This document shows positions 40,240 to 51,016 of a stretch of 64,000 bases of DNA, in pieces. The DNA is taken from contig OY781066.1 in the NCBI GenBank assembly GCA_963676395.1, forward strand, positions 2,271,626 through 2,335,625, written 5' to 3'. The notes below the pieces were generated by a model, which was not told the DNA's origin, made no database searches, and saw nothing but the letters and a program-made list of their open reading frames with translations. The position numbers and the translations under genes were made by a program. This DNA is from a bacterium (GTDB lineage: Bacteria; Fidelibacterota; Fidelibacteria; Fidelibacterales; Fidelibacteraceae). Numbering within the stretch: the stretch's first letter is position 1; every line of letters starts with the position of its first letter.

Positions 40240-40836
40240 ATGAAAATTGATTTCAAAAAAGGGAATGGTTTAGTTCCCGCAATTATTCAAGATGATAAAT
40301 CTAACAAAGTCCTGATGTTAGGTTATATGAATGAAGACACCTATAAGAAAACTCTTGAAACTGAGTTGGTGACTTTTTATAGCCGTTCACGTGATGAAGT
40401 CTGGACAAAGGGAGAAACATCCGGAAATTACCTTCATGTTGTTTCTGTAACTGAAGATTGTGATGGTGATACATTGTTAATCCGGGCGACTCCCGATGGC
40501 CCTGTTTGTCATACAGGTGATGATACCTGTTTTGGTGAACAGAATCTTGATTTCCCCAATTTTTTACACGAGCTGGAAGATATTATTGCCGATAGAAAAA
40601 AGAATCCAAGCGGAAGTTCATATACAAATAAGCTTTTTGATAAAGGTACACCTAAAATAGCTCAGAAAGTCGGCGAAGAAGCCACTGAAGTTATCATTGA
40701 GGCTATGAGAAGAAACCAGGAATTGTTCAAGGAAGAAGTTTCTGATCTGCTGTATCACCTTCTTGTTTTAATGAATGACCAGAACGTGACCTTAGACGAT
40801 ATAAATTTAGTTTTGAAAAATCGTCATAAGAAATAA
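40240..40836 (+). CDS. hisIE: Bifunctional PR-AMP cyclohydrolase / PR-ATP pyrophosphatase
   Basis: WTKGETSG, DCDGD, CHTG..TCF, KVGEEA.E, DLLYH. Confidence 0.96.
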   Translation: MKIDFKKGNGLVPAIIQDDKSNKVLMLGYMNEDTYKKTLETELVTFYSRSRDEVWTKGETSGNYLHVVSVTEDCDGDTLLIRATPDGPVCHTGDDTCFGEQNLDFPNFLHELEDIIADRKKNPSGSSYTNKLFDKGTPKIAQKVGEEATEVIIEAMRRNQELFKEEVSDLLYHLLVLMNDQNVTLDDINLVLKNRHKK

Positions 40837-40993
40837 GCAAACATTCAAGATAAACGAAAATTATAAAATAAAATCGTTAAAAATATGAAGAATAGTAATA
40901 CAAAACAAAATAACGAAAACAATAGTAAAATAATATGCAAAAAACAGTTGCATATTAAAAGTATTATACGCATATTACAAACGATTGATAATA

Positions 40994-41065
40994 TGGGATG
41001 TCGTCTAATGGCAAGGCGCCTGACTGTTAATCAGGTTATTGGGGGTTCGAGTCCCTCCGTCCCAG
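40994..41065 (+). tRNA. tRNA-Asn (GTT)
   Basis: Acceptor TGGGATG/CGTCCCA, anticodon arm CCTGA-CTGTTAA-TCAGG, T arm GGGGG-TTCGAGT-CCCTC, discriminator G; terminator-like hairpin follows. Confidence 0.9.
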
Positions 41066-41283
41066 CAAGGGCTAACAGTTTTCTGTTGGCCTTTTAGTTT
41101 ACTGGTGAAAAATTGTTTTACCGGGTGATAATTATAAGGTATCGAAAGATTTTGTTTATGGGTTTAGGTAGGTTAGAGGGGTTGGATAGAATAAATTTAA
41201 TTCTTAAATCTTTTTAACCTTATTTGGAAATTGAAATGCTCTATGGCTGATTTATAAACATAAGAGTAATTGAAAGGATTTAC

Positions 41284-42663
41284 ATGTCATATCATGTGCT
41301 AAAATTCGGTGGTTCTAATCTTAAGAAAAAAGATGATATTCTTCGTATTGTTGATGTGATTGGCAAATATGATTCGTCATTGATTATAGTTGTTTCGGCT
41401 TTTTATGGTGTAACCGATATGTTGGCGCAGACTCTTGAGAAGGTAAAGAATGACGAAAGTGCCATCAATGAGTTAGCTGATAAGATCGTTTCGTTGAAAA
41501 TAGAAACGCTTGAAGAAGTCGTTGATGATCCAGCTGTACGAGATGCAATATTAACGGATGTACTGACACGTATTGAAAAATTAAAACGATTTTTGCAAGG
41601 CGTTAACTTCTTTGGAGATACGCCATCTTTTGTTAATGATACCATTTTAAGCTATGGAGAGCGTCTCAGCTCATTAATGTTGACGGGGATATTGAATTAT
41701 TTTGGAATCGGGGCAGAAGAAATGCTGCCTGAAGATATTGGCTTAGTGACAGATGGTGAATTTGGTAATGCGACAGTGGATTTTGAATCGGCATCATCCA
41801 AAGTAAAAACCAGTCTAAAAGCGAAAAAGATTGTTGTCGTGCCAGGTTTTTACGGTGTTTCTCAAGAAGGGAAAACCACTTTACTTGGCAGGGGTGGTTC
41901 AGACTATTCTGCGGCTGCAATCGCTCATTGTTTAAATGCAAAAAGTCTTGATCTTTTTAAAGATGTTGATGGCTTTTTAACCGGTGATCCCCGGTACGTA
42001 GACAAACCCAAACGGATAAAAACACTGTCTTACATGGAATCGGCCGAATTATCGTATTTTGGTGCTAAGATATTGCATCCTCGTACGGTAGAGCCACTTC
42101 GTGAAGCGAATATTCCTATTCGTTTGTATAATATTGCCAACGTAGAAGATTTAAACAAGCCTTTAACAAGTGTTGAGCGAAGCTCTGATATTCATGATGA
42201 TGTCATTAAAAGTGTAACATTTTCCGACGAGATAGGAATATTGAAATTGAAGGGCCCGGGAATTGGGTATAAACCGGGTATTCTTGCTAAAGTATCTTCT
42301 GCGATGGATAATGCCGGTATTAATATTAAATCTGTTATTACTTCTCAAACTACGATCAATATCCTTCTTGAAACCAGCTATCTTAAAAAAGCTAAAAAAA
42401 TTGTTAATGATCTTGAACTTCATGCGGTGGGGGAGATTATTGCCGAAAATGATATATCCGTGATCGCTGCCGTTGGACACGGTATTACCGAAAAAGTCGG
42501 TTTAGCCGCAAGAATATTTTCTGCCGTATCGCAAAGAGGGATCAATATAGAGATTATCTCGGTAGGCGCCTCTCCCGTGGCTGCATATTTTATTGTCAAG
42601 AAGGTAGACCGAGCCTCTACGATCAGGGCAATTCATGAATTATATGTGGGAAATGATAATTAA
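41284..42663 (+). CDS. lysC: Aspartate kinase with two ACT domains
   Basis: VLKFGGS, VVSA, GERLS, LGRGGSDYSA, DVDG, AELSYFGAKILHP. Confidence 0.9.
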   Translation: MSYHVLKFGGSNLKKKDDILRIVDVIGKYDSSLIIVVSAFYGVTDMLAQTLEKVKNDESAINELADKIVSLKIETLEEVVDDPAVRDAILTDVLTRIEKLKRFLQGVNFFGDTPSFVNDTILSYGERLSSLMLTGILNYFGIGAEEMLPEDIGLVTDGEFGNATVDFESASSKVKTSLKAKKIVVVPGFYGVSQEGKTTLLGRGGSDYSAAAIAHCLNAKSLDLFKDVDGFLTGDPRYVDKPKRIKTLSYMESAELSYFGAKILHPRTVEPLREANIPIRLYNIANVEDLNKPLTSVERSSDIHDDVIKSVTFSDEIGILKLKGPGIGYKPGILAKVSSAMDNAGINIKSVITSQTTINILLETSYLKKAKKIVNDLELHAVGEIIAENDISVIAAVGHGITEKVGLAARIFSAVSQRGINIEIISVGASPVAAYFIVKKVDRASTIRAIHELYVGNDN

Positions 42664-42810
42664 TAGGGGTTTTGGGGGGCTCTTGTATTTTGAAATAATG
42701 GACGATGAAATACCTATGTGTTACCTTTCATCGAAATTGACATATATAAAATAGCTTTGCTATTATAAATAATTATAATATCTTCGGGACGGAAAAATAG
42801 GACAAAGAAA

Positions 42811-43206
42811 ATGGATTTAACTAAAACATTTACATTCGACATGGCTCACCGCCTAAGCTTTCATAAGGGCAAATGCTGGAATCTGCATGGGCATACTTAT
42901 AAACTTGAAGTAACAGTTGGTGGCGATGCGGATGAGAATGGCATGGTCATTGATTTTAATGATATGAAAAATATATGTATGGAAAAGGTCGTAGATGTAT
43001 TGGATCATTCGACCGTGATCTACGAAAAAGATGAATTAATGATGAATAACTTCCCCATGCAATTACAGCATGTAATTATGCCTTACGAGCCCACTGCAGA
43101 GAATCTTTGCTTGTGGATCTCCGATAGATTGGAAGAGGGTGGTTTAAAAATAAAACAGGTTGCAGTATGGGAAACAGCGAGCAGCAAAGCACTTTATATA
43201 AAGTAA
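42811..43206 (+). CDS. queD: 6-carboxytetrahydropterin synthase
   Basis: FDMAHRL, C.NLHGH, VIDF, PTAEN, WET. Confidence 0.93.
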   Translation: MDLTKTFTFDMAHRLSFHKGKCWNLHGHTYKLEVTVGGDADENGMVIDFNDMKNICMEKVVDVLDHSTVIYEKDELMMNNFPMQLQHVIMPYEPTAENLCLWISDRLEEGGLKIKQVAVWETASSKALYIK

Positions 43207-43787
43207 ACGAAATCTTTTACTCTTATCAGGCCGAGGGGCGTTGGGCCGGTCAGGCAGCGGTATTTATCCGTCTTGCCGGTTGTAACTTAAGATGTGATTT
43301 TTGTGATACTGAATTCTTAACCGGTATTGATATGGATGTCCGCGAGATCATGGCAAATGTTCATGATCATGAAGCTAAGTTTGTGGTGATTACCGGCGGT
43401 GAACCTTTGATGCAGGATACACTTGAATTGGTTCAAAAGTTGAAAGATGAAAATTATTATGTGGCACTTGAAACCAATGGCAGTTATGAACCGGGTCATG
43501 AGCTTTTTGATTGGATCACCGTGTCGCCTAAAAATAAAAATGTTAAAATCAAGAAATGTAATGAGCTAAAGGTCGTTTTGGGTGTGGATGAAGAACCCGA
43601 AACATATGGTATTAATTCAGACGTTAAATTTATATCTCCCAAGAATCCCACACATGATCGTGAGATCGGATCCTTGTCGGCGGACTTTTTCTCTACAGAT
43701 GTTGCGATGTATTGTTATCGCTATGCTTTAAAACATCCGGAATGGCGCTTAACATTTCAAACACACAAGTGTATCGGGGTCAGATAA
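43167..43787 (+). CDS. queE: 7-carboxy-7-deazaguanine synthase (radical SAM)
   Basis: EIFYSYQAEG, GCNLRCDFCDT, TGGEP, ETNG, TVSPK, QTHK. Confidence 0.93.
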   Translation: MGNSEQQSTLYKVNEIFYSYQAEGRWAGQAAVFIRLAGCNLRCDFCDTEFLTGIDMDVREIMANVHDHEAKFVVITGGEPLMQDTLELVQKLKDENYYVALETNGSYEPGHELFDWITVSPKNKNVKIKKCNELKVVLGVDEEPETYGINSDVKFISPKNPTHDREIGSLSADFFSTDVAMYCYRYALKHPEWRLTFQTHKCIGVR

Positions 43788-44452
43788 TGAACACTCGCAA
43801 GACACTGGTGTTGTTTTCGGGAGGACAGGACTCAACGACTTGTATCTATTGGGCAAAACGTGAATTTGCTGCTGTTGAGGCTGTTTTTTTCCATTACGAA
43901 CAACGTCATAGTGTTGAATATAAAAGTGTAAAATATATCTGCGAAAAAGAAAATATTCTTCTTCATGAATTGCATGTGCCCGCTTTTAAAGAAATTGGTG
44001 GTACTGCAATGATAGATGAAGTGACGATAGAGACAGGAAAAAATGATCTGCCTAATACCTTTGTACCCGGTAGAAACATTGTTTTTCTAACCCTTGCAGC
44101 CTCTTTGGCCTACAAACGAGGCATAAATGATATAGTTATTGGGGTTAATGATGCCGATTATTCCGGTTACCCAGATTGCCGAATCGACTTTGTTACGTCA
44201 ATGCAGGACTCACTATCAAAAGGGCTTGATTACCCCTTGCAAATTCATGCTCCATTGCAATCAATGAGCAAAGCCGAAATATGGCAGATGAGCGATAGAC
44301 TGGGTGTGATCAATGAGGTTATCAAACATTCACATACCTGCTATGTGGGTGACCATAATACTTTAAATCCCTGGGGATATGGCTGTGGCGAATGCCCGGC
44401 CTGCATCCTACGCAAAAAAGGGTTTGAAGAATTTCTAAATTTGGACGAATAA
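43787..44452 (+). CDS. queC: 7-cyano-7-deazaguanine synthase
   Basis: FSGGQDSTT, FVPGRN, GYPDCR, CGECPACILR. Confidence 0.95.
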   Translation: MNTRKTLVLFSGGQDSTTCIYWAKREFAAVEAVFFHYEQRHSVEYKSVKYICEKENILLHELHVPAFKEIGGTAMIDEVTIETGKNDLPNTFVPGRNIVFLTLAASLAYKRGINDIVIGVNDADYSGYPDCRIDFVTSMQDSLSKGLDYPLQIHAPLQSMSKAEIWQMSDRLGVINEVIKHSHTCYVGDHNTLNPWGYGCGECPACILRKKGFEEFLNLDE

Positions 44453-44533
44453 GTCAAATTTTAAAATATGATATAGACGAAGCTTTGATAAAAAGTTAAG
44501 TTAGTAAAAATTAAATAAAAAATTGAGGAAAGC

Positions 44534-46063
44534 ATGTCAAAGAATATTATTGTATTCGATACCACCCTCCGGGACGGTGAACAAAGTCCGGGCGCTTCGC
44601 TGACAGTGAATGAAAAGATCATTATTGCCGAGCAGCTTTCCAAACTCGGTGTTGATGTGATTGAAGCGGGTTTCCCTATTGCGTCACAAGGTGATTTTGA
44701 AGCTGTAAAAAGCATTGCAGAGAGCGTAGACGGCCCGATCGTTTGCGGACTGGCACGAGCAGTCGATAAAGATATTGATCGTTGCTGGGAAGCCGTAAAA
44801 CACGCGAAAAAGCCCCGTATACATACATTTATTGCGACATCATCTATTCATAGAGATGAAAAACTTAAAAAAAGTAAAGAAGAAGTGATCGCAGATGCCG
44901 TAAAGGCGGTTAAGCGTGCAAAATCATATTGTGATGATGTTGAGTTTTCTCCTGAAGATGCAGGCAGAACATCGTTGGATTATATGTGTGATGTGGTTAA
45001 AGCCGTTATCGAAGCCGGAGCTACAACGATCAATATTCCAGACACGGTAGGTTACACCGAACCACAAGAATTTGCTCAAAGAATTGAATATCTCTTTGAA
45101 AAAGTACCTGAGGCAAATGATGTTGTTATTTCTGTACATTGTCATAATGATTTGGGTAATGCTGTTGCGAATTCCCTGGCTGCCGTTAAGGCGGGTGCAT
45201 CTCAGGTTGAATGTTGTATCAATGGCATCGGCGAACGTGCCGGTAATGCCTCTTTGGAAGAAGTGGTTATGAACCTGAAAACCAGAAAAGATTATTTTGA
45301 TGTTGATACAAGTATCAACACAAAAGAATTGTTCAAGACCAGTCGACTTGTATCAAATCTTACAGGTTTAAGTATTGCAAGAAATAAGGCCATTGTGGGA
45401 TTGAATGCCTTTGCTCATGAAGCCGGAATACATCAACATGGAGTTTTGCAAAGTAAAGCCACCTACGAGATCATGAATTCTGAAGATGTCGGTTGGTCGG
45501 GTGAAAACATTGTTATCGGTAAACACAGCGGAAAACACGCCGTATTGGCCCTTCTTGAAGAAGAAGGCTATACGCTTAGCAAGGAACAGACAGATCAGGT
45601 AACCGCAAAGGTGAAAGATCTTGCAGATAAGAATAAAACCGTTGAACGTGATGACATTCTTGCTATTGCTATGGATGTATTGGGACAGTTAAGTGATCAG
45701 GAGCAATATATAAAACTGGAAGGTTTTGCGGTTACAACCGGAAACGGTATGACGCCAACGGCTTCGGTTAAATTAACGATAAATGATGAAGTGAAAATCG
45801 GCACCGGAGTAGGTGATGGCCCTATTGATGCGTTATCCAGCGCTGTTTGGACCATTATCGACCAACCCGTAAAACTGGAAGAGTATAATCTTAAAGCCAT
45901 TACAGGTGGTACAGATGCTTTAGCTGATGTTTCGATTAAGTTAATAGATGATAACGAAAAGATCTATATGGGTAGGGCCGTTCACGAAGATGTAATTAGA
46001 GCGGGCTTGCTTGCGATCATCAATGGTTTGAATAGATATATGAATGCTTACAATAAAGGATAA
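44534..46063 (+). CDS. leuA: 2-isopropylmalate synthase
   Basis: [36 protein letters not shown]-terminal regulatory domain. Confidence 0.95.
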   Translation: MSKNIIVFDTTLRDGEQSPGASLTVNEKIIIAEQLSKLGVDVIEAGFPIASQGDFEAVKSIAESVDGPIVCGLARAVDKDIDRCWEAVKHAKKPRIHTFIATSSIHRDEKLKKSKEEVIADAVKAVKRAKSYCDDVEFSPEDAGRTSLDYMCDVVKAVIEAGATTINIPDTVGYTEPQEFAQRIEYLFEKVPEANDVVISVHCHNDLGNAVANSLAAVKAGASQVECCINGIGERAGNASLEEVVMNLKTRKDYFDVDTSINTKELFKTSRLVSNLTGLSIARNKAIVGLNAFAHEAGIHQHGVLQSKATYEIMNSEDVGWSGENIVIGKHSGKHAVLALLEEEGYTLSKEQTDQVTAKVKDLADKNKTVERDDILAIAMDVLGQLSDQEQYIKLEGFAVTTGNGMTPTASVKLTINDEVKIGTGVGDGPIDALSSAVWTIIDQPVKLEEYNLKAITGGTDALADVSIKLIDDNEKIYMGRAVHEDVIRAGLLAIINGLNRYMNAYNKG

Positions 46064-46066
46064 GAA

Positions 46067-47332
46067 ATGGGACAAACGATCACTGAAAAGATCCTGGCCA
46101 AACATGCAGGCAGGAAAAGCGTTAAACCCGGTGAATTGGTAAACGCAACATTAGACTTGGTGATGTGTCACGATGTGACAACCACACCGGCAATAGATAT
46201 GATGAAAGAACATGGAATAACAAAGGTATTTGATCCTGAAAAAATTGTGATCATGCCCGATCATTTTGTTCCGAATAAAGATATTAAATCTGCCGAAATG
46301 GTACGCAAGATAAGACTTTGGGCCGATGAAATGGGTATTGAGACATTTTACGAATTAGGTAATCATGGTGTTTGCCATGCTTTATTACCTGAACAAGGGC
46401 ACGTCAAACCGGGTATGACCATTGTGGGCGCAGATTCGCATACATGTACGCACGGTGCTTTAGGTGCATTTTCAACCGGTATTGGCTCTACCGATCTTGC
46501 GGCATCCTTATCTACCGGAGAACTATGGTTTAAAGTGCCGCCTACAATTCTTTTTAATGTCTTCGGATCTTTGCAAGAAGGCGTATATGCCAAGGATATT
46601 ATTCTTGAAATAATTAGACGCATTGGCGTCGATGGTGCGCGGTACAAAGCGATGGAATTTCGGGGTCCCGTTATTGATGAATTAAGCATTGAAGCGAGAA
46701 TGACAATTACGAATATGGCAATTGAAGCCGGTGGTAAATCGGGAATTATTGCAGCAGATGACAAGACCATCGAATATTTAAAAACACGCGGTATTGAAGG
46801 TGAAATCGACTTAGTAAAAAGTGATGAAGATGCAGTATATGAGCAAGTTATAGATATTGACGTAAGCGATCTTGAACCTATAATTGCCTTCCCTCATCTG
46901 CCTGATAATGGCAAGAAGATCTCTGAGATTACAGAAAAGATCAAAATAGATCAAGCTTATATCGGATCGTGTACCAATGGTCGGATAGAGGATTTGCGAG
47001 TAGCGGCAGAGATCATGAAAGGTAAGACCGTTCCCAAAGGTACGCGCTGTATTGTAATTCCGGCAACGACCGAAATATGGAAGCAAGCCAATAAAGAAGG
47101 ATTGCTTGATATCTTTATGGAAGCTGGAGCAACCGTATCATCACCAACATGCGGAGCATGCCTAGGTGGTCATATGGGAATTATTGCAGCGGGTGAGAAA
47201 TGTATTTCTACGACAAACCGTAATTTTGTCGGTAGAATGGGCTCTCCGGAGTCTGAAGTATACCTCGCAAGTCCTGCAAGTGTAGCAGCTGCAGCTGTAA
47301 GCGGTTATATTTGCGATCCACGAAAGAGTTAA
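46067..47332 (+). CDS. leuC: 3-isopropylmalate dehydratase large subunit (LeuC type 2 / homoaconitase-like)
   Basis: GADSHT, GSCTNGR, CGACLG, STTNRNF. Confidence 0.9.
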   Translation: MGQTITEKILAKHAGRKSVKPGELVNATLDLVMCHDVTTTPAIDMMKEHGITKVFDPEKIVIMPDHFVPNKDIKSAEMVRKIRLWADEMGIETFYELGNHGVCHALLPEQGHVKPGMTIVGADSHTCTHGALGAFSTGIGSTDLAASLSTGELWFKVPPTILFNVFGSLQEGVYAKDIILEIIRRIGVDGARYKAMEFRGPVIDELSIEARMTITNMAIEAGGKSGIIAADDKTIEYLKTRGIEGEIDLVKSDEDAVYEQVIDIDVSDLEPIIAFPHLPDNGKKISEITEKIKIDQAYIGSCTNGRIEDLRVAAEIMKGKTVPKGTRCIVIPATTEIWKQANKEGLLDIFMEAGATVSSPTCGACLGGHMGIIAAGEKCISTTNRNFVGRMGSPESEVYLASPASVAAAAVSGYICDPRKS

Positions 47333-47341
47333 GGAGAAAAA

Positions 47342-47815
47342 ATGAAAGCACATGTATATAATAGAGACCACATCAATACTGATGAGATCATTCCTGCACG
47401 TTATTTGAATATGGATAAAGAAGCCGATTTGGCAAAACACGCAATGGAGGACATTGATACCGAATTTGTGGAAAAAGTAGAAGCAGGTGATGTCATTGTA
47501 GCCGGTGAGAATTTCGGATGCGGATCATCTCGTGAGCATGCCGTATGGGCACTCCGTGGTGCCGGTGTTAAAGCTGTGATAGCTGAATCTTTTGCGAGGA
47601 TATTTTACAGAAACTGCATTAATAATGGCTTTTTAGCAATTGAATGTCAGGGGATTAGCGGAAGTATTTCTAATGGTGCAAAGTTAGAGATCGACCTAAT
47701 ATCCGGTGAAATCAAAGATCTTGATGCAGATAAATCATATAAGTTTCCTCCGTTACCTGAGTTTGCGCAGGAGATGCTTGAAGCCGGTGGCTTAATGAAA
47801 ATGATTTCTAAATAA
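47342..47815 (+). CDS. leuD: 3-isopropylmalate dehydratase small subunit
   Basis: [32 protein letters not shown]. Confidence 0.92.
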   Translation: MKAHVYNRDHINTDEIIPARYLNMDKEADLAKHAMEDIDTEFVEKVEAGDVIVAGENFGCGSSREHAVWALRGAGVKAVIAESFARIFYRNCINNGFLAIECQGISGSISNGAKLEIDLISGEIKDLDADKSYKFPPLPEFAQEMLEAGGLMKMISK

Positions 47816-47834
47816 CAAAAAAATAAATAAAATA

Positions 47835-47864
47835 AAAAATGCTCCGAAATTCGGAGCATTTTTC
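47835..47864. terminator. Bidirectional terminator
   Basis: AAAAATGCTCCGAA-A-TTCGGAGCATTTTT between convergent genes. Confidence 0.75.
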
Positions 47865-47905
47865 TATTGTATGGACACTATTTTTGCATCTCTACAATAG
47901 TTAAT

Positions 47906-48298
47906 TTAAAATTCGGTTCCGGCACCAAAGTAATTTGTGCTGTCTTCACCAAACTTATCAACTTGCTTGCCATGAATAATGTAAGTACAGCGTTCGCCGA
48001 CAACTTCAGATATTAATACAATGTTTTCTTCACCGAATTCATCGATCTGAATGATGCGGGCCAGGTTATTGTTATAATTTTGTGCCATTAAATTAGCGTG
48101 GCAAATAGGGCAGTACAAATCTGTTTTATCACCATCTTCTAATTGAAAAGTACGGTGTTTTCGTACTGAATAATTCCCGACCTCAGGACTTAGCAATAGT
48201 ATGCCTCGTTCACCATCTTCTTTTCTGGCTGAAAAAATAACAGAGTTTTTGACCTTTAAATGACCTCTACAGAAAGGGCATACATAATCATTTTTCAT
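47906..48298 (-). CDS. Hypothetical protein with two CPxC motifs (putative zinc-binding)
   Basis: YVCPFC and LYCPICH; GAGG RBS. Confidence 0.75.
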   Translation of the reverse strand: MKNDYVCPFCRGHLKVKNSVIFSARKEDGERGILLLSPEVGNYSVRKHRTFQLEDGDKTDLYCPICHANLMAQNYNNNLARIIQIDEFGEENIVLISEVVGERCTYIIHGKQVDKFGEDSTNYFGAGTEF

Positions 48299-48545
48299 TT
48301 TTCACTTCCTCTATAATTATAGTTTTCGCTATAATTTATGGGCTTGAAATTCTATTAACAATAAAAAACAAGTGTAATTATATGGTATTTAGAACTTTAC
48401 AAGCTATGATGAAATGAGTCTAATATGCTACTTGTGCCATTTACCTATATACCATTAACATCAGCTTTTTTGAAAAACGAAAAACAATTTTGAATTTTCC
48501 CGAATTATCCTCATTTTTATGCGATTGTATAACCATGGAGAAAAA

Positions 48546-48926
48546 ATGAAAAAGATCATTCTGACAGAAAAAGCTCCTGCTCCTATTGGTGCATATTCAC
48601 AGGGCATAGCTTTTGAAAATATGATATTTACATCAGGTCAGTTACCTGTTGATATGTCAAATGGCAAGTTGATACTTGATGATATAGATGCAGCGACCAG
48701 GGCCGCGGTTAAAAATGTGATTGCTGTCGTAGAAGAAGCGGGTGGAAGCAAAGAAACTATCCTTAAAACGACCGTGTTTTTAAAAGATCTATCACAATTT
48801 GCAAATGTTAATGCAGTTTATGCGGAAGTATTTCCCGAAAATGCCCCCGCAAGATCAGCGGTGCAGGTTGCAAGGTTACCAAAAGATGTGCAAATTGAGA
48901 TCGAAGCTATTGCCGTAAAGAAATGA
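48546..48926 (+). CDS. RidA family enamine/imine deaminase
   Basis: APAPIGAYSQG, SGQLP, KTTVFL, PARS.V.V..LP, IEIEAIA. Confidence 0.92.
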   Translation: MKKIILTEKAPAPIGAYSQGIAFENMIFTSGQLPVDMSNGKLILDDIDAATRAAVKNVIAVVEEAGGSKETILKTTVFLKDLSQFANVNAVYAEVFPENAPARSAVQVARLPKDVQIEIEAIAVKK

Positions 48927-49636
48927 AACGAATTCTAATAATTACATTATTAATTCTAAGTTTTAATTCATTAGTTGCAATGGAGCAGGATAGCCTTGAA
49001 AGCAGAATTACTATAACCCAGAAATCACCTATTGCTGCAATGACGTATTCAGTTGTATTCCCGGCCGGGGGACAGTTCTATAATGATAAATGGCTGAAGG
49101 GAAGTATTTTTATGGGTACTGAACTTGCCTTTGGAGGTATTGCCGCATATAATTATTATCTAAATTCACGGGGAGTGACGGAACCCTTCTTAGCTATAAG
49201 TCAAACCTCTTTGTCAAATGCAAAGGCATATACTTGGATTTTTGCAGCGGCTTATGTGTATTCAATTATGGATGCGTATGTTGATGCTCATTTTAGTTAT
49301 TTTCCAAGCGAAAAACTAATTTTAGAACCCGATTCGGATATTAATGGTTTCCAATTAAGCATGCCGGTTGACAAATTGTTAGATGAAGAGAAGCTAGCTC
49401 GTTTGACTTCTTCATATTTTTTAACATTGCATTCTTCATTTACACTAAATAATGTGGTAGGTTTAGATAAGCAAGATTCAAAATACGCATCTTTAGGAAT
49501 TGGCGTATCGATTTCACTTGGAAGAAATATCTTCGATATTATCAGCAAAAAGAAAAAGTTTAAGTTTGAAAATTTGTTGTATGATGCCCTGGGTATAGGA
49601 CTGGGGTATTTAACAGTTGAAGCAATACAAAAGTAA
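48923..49636 (+). CDS. Membrane protein with a DUF5683-like N-part and a degenerate YfiM-like C-part
   Basis: KSP..A...S..FP.GGQFYN..W.KG and SIMDAYVDAH; the C-terminus resembles 51016-51468. Confidence 0.6.
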   Translation: MKRILIITLLILSFNSLVAMEQDSLESRITITQKSPIAAMTYSVVFPAGGQFYNDKWLKGSIFMGTELAFGGIAAYNYYLNSRGVTEPFLAISQTSLSNAKAYTWIFAAAYVYSIMDAYVDAHFSYFPSEKLILEPDSDINGFQLSMPVDKLLDEEKLARLTSSYFLTLHSSFTLNNVVGLDKQDSKYASLGIGVSISLGRNIFDIISKKKKFKFENLLYDALGIGLGYLTVEAIQK

Positions 49637-49651
49637 GCGATAGAGGTGGTA

Positions 49652-51016
49652 ATGGTAGAGAATAGGGAACATTGGGGTAATAAATTAGGCTTTATTCTAG
49701 CCGCGGCCGGCTCGGCAGTCGGCTTGGGAAATATATGGAAATTTCCTTACATAACGGGTGAAAATGGGGGAGCAGCCTTTATTATCATTTATTTGATCTG
49801 CATCCTTATTATTGGGCTACCGGTGCTGATCGCTGAGATCCTTCTTGGACGAAATGCTCAAAAAGGCCCAATATCTGCCTTTAGATTGCTTGCTAAAAAA
49901 AATAAAAGACTGTGGATCGTTATCGGTTCGGTGTTTTTTATTACCGGTTTTGTTATTCTCTCGTATTATAATGTAATTGCAGGGTGGTCTGCTGGCTATA
50001 TCGTTGAATCATTACGAGGGAGCTGTGCTAATTTTTTGAATGCCGAACAAGCTTCTCAATTTCATGGTGCTTTAGTATCAAATCCCGGTTGGATCATTTC
50101 TTGGCAATTGGTGTTTGTTTTGCTTGGTGCTGTGGTTGTTTATTTTGGTGTGAAAAACGGAATAGAAAAGATCGCCAGATTCCTTATGCCTATCTTTTTT
50201 ATTATTTTGATCTTATTGGTGGTTTGGGGAGTCTCCTTGGAAGGTAGCGAAAAAGGTTTAGCATTCCTGTTTAAACCGGATTGGTCCACCGTTAATTTTA
50301 CAACCGTATTAATTGCTTTAGGGCATGCTTTTTTTACACTATCAGTTGGTATGGGTGTGTTATTGACATATGGATCATACCTTAAAAAAGATGATAATAT
50401 ATTTTTTTCCGGTATTATGATCGCGCTGCTCGATACTTTAATTGCACTTTTAGCGGGATTGGCTATCTTTACGTCAGTATTTGCGATGGGATTTGATCCT
50501 GCCGGTGGCCCCGGACTTGTATTCCATGTGCTTCCTGCTGTATTTTCACAAATGCCCGGTGGTAGTATTTTCGCAACTTTGTTTTTTATTCTTTTATCTA
50601 TTGCCGCATTAACGTCGACAATTTCTATTCTTGAAATGCTTGTTTCCACAATGATGGATGAATTTAAGATGAATCGACATTCTGCTGTTATATTGATCTC
50701 AATTACGATCTTTTTAATTGGCATACCCTCAGCCTTGTCTTTCGGCCCTTTAGCAAATGTAAAAATATTCGGATTGAATATTTTTGATAATATGGATTTT
50801 CTGTCGGCAAATATTTTACTTCCGCTAGGAGGTCTGTTTGTCGCCATTTTTGTGGGATGGAGTTTAAATAAACAGGAAGTTATGGGTGAGTTATTTCATG
50901 GGTTTAGAGATCATCAGAAAAATAGAAAAATTGCAAACATCTGGTATTTTCTTGTAAAATTTATTGCTCCAATTCTGATCATCCTTGTCTTTTTAAGTTC
51001 AATAGGGATAATATAA
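49652..51016 (+). CDS. Sodium-dependent transporter (NSS/SNF family)
   Basis: REHW..KLGFILAAAGSAVGLGNIWKFPY, FFTLSVG, GPGLVF. Confidence 0.95.
   Translation: MVENREHWGNKLGFILAAAGSAVGLGNIWKFPYITGENGGAAFIIIYLICILIIGLPVLIAEILLGRNAQKGPISAFRLLAKKNKRLWIVIGSVFFITGFVILSYYNVIAGWSAGYIVESLRGSCANFLNAEQASQFHGALVSNPGWIISWQLVFVLLGAVVVYFGVKNGIEKIARFLMPIFFIILILLVVWGVSLEGSEKGLAFLFKPDWSTVNFTTVLIALGHAFFTLSVGMGVLLTYGSYLKKDDNIFFSGIMIALLDTLIALLAGLAIFTSVFAMGFDPAGGPGLVFHVLPAVFSQMPGGSIFATLFFILLSIAALTSTISILEMLVSTMMDEFKMNRHSAVILISITIFLIGIPSALSFGPLANVKIFGLNIFDNMDFLSANILLPLGGLFVAIFVGWSLNKQEVMGELFHGFRDHQKNRKIANIWYFLVKFIAPILIILVFLSSIGII

Noticed and set aside
41096..41283. Lysine riboswitch or Thr leader upstream of the aspartokinase
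   Set aside because: No recognisable conserved L-box elements or codon-rich leader ORF.
42664..42810. preQ1 riboswitch upstream of queD
   Set aside because: No recognisable preQ1 aptamer stem-loop with an A-rich tail.
50140..50847. Long antisense ORFs (e.g. 50140-50847, 14133-14621, 33873-34355)
   Set aside because: Shadow frames of well-supported genes on the opposite strand, with no motifs.
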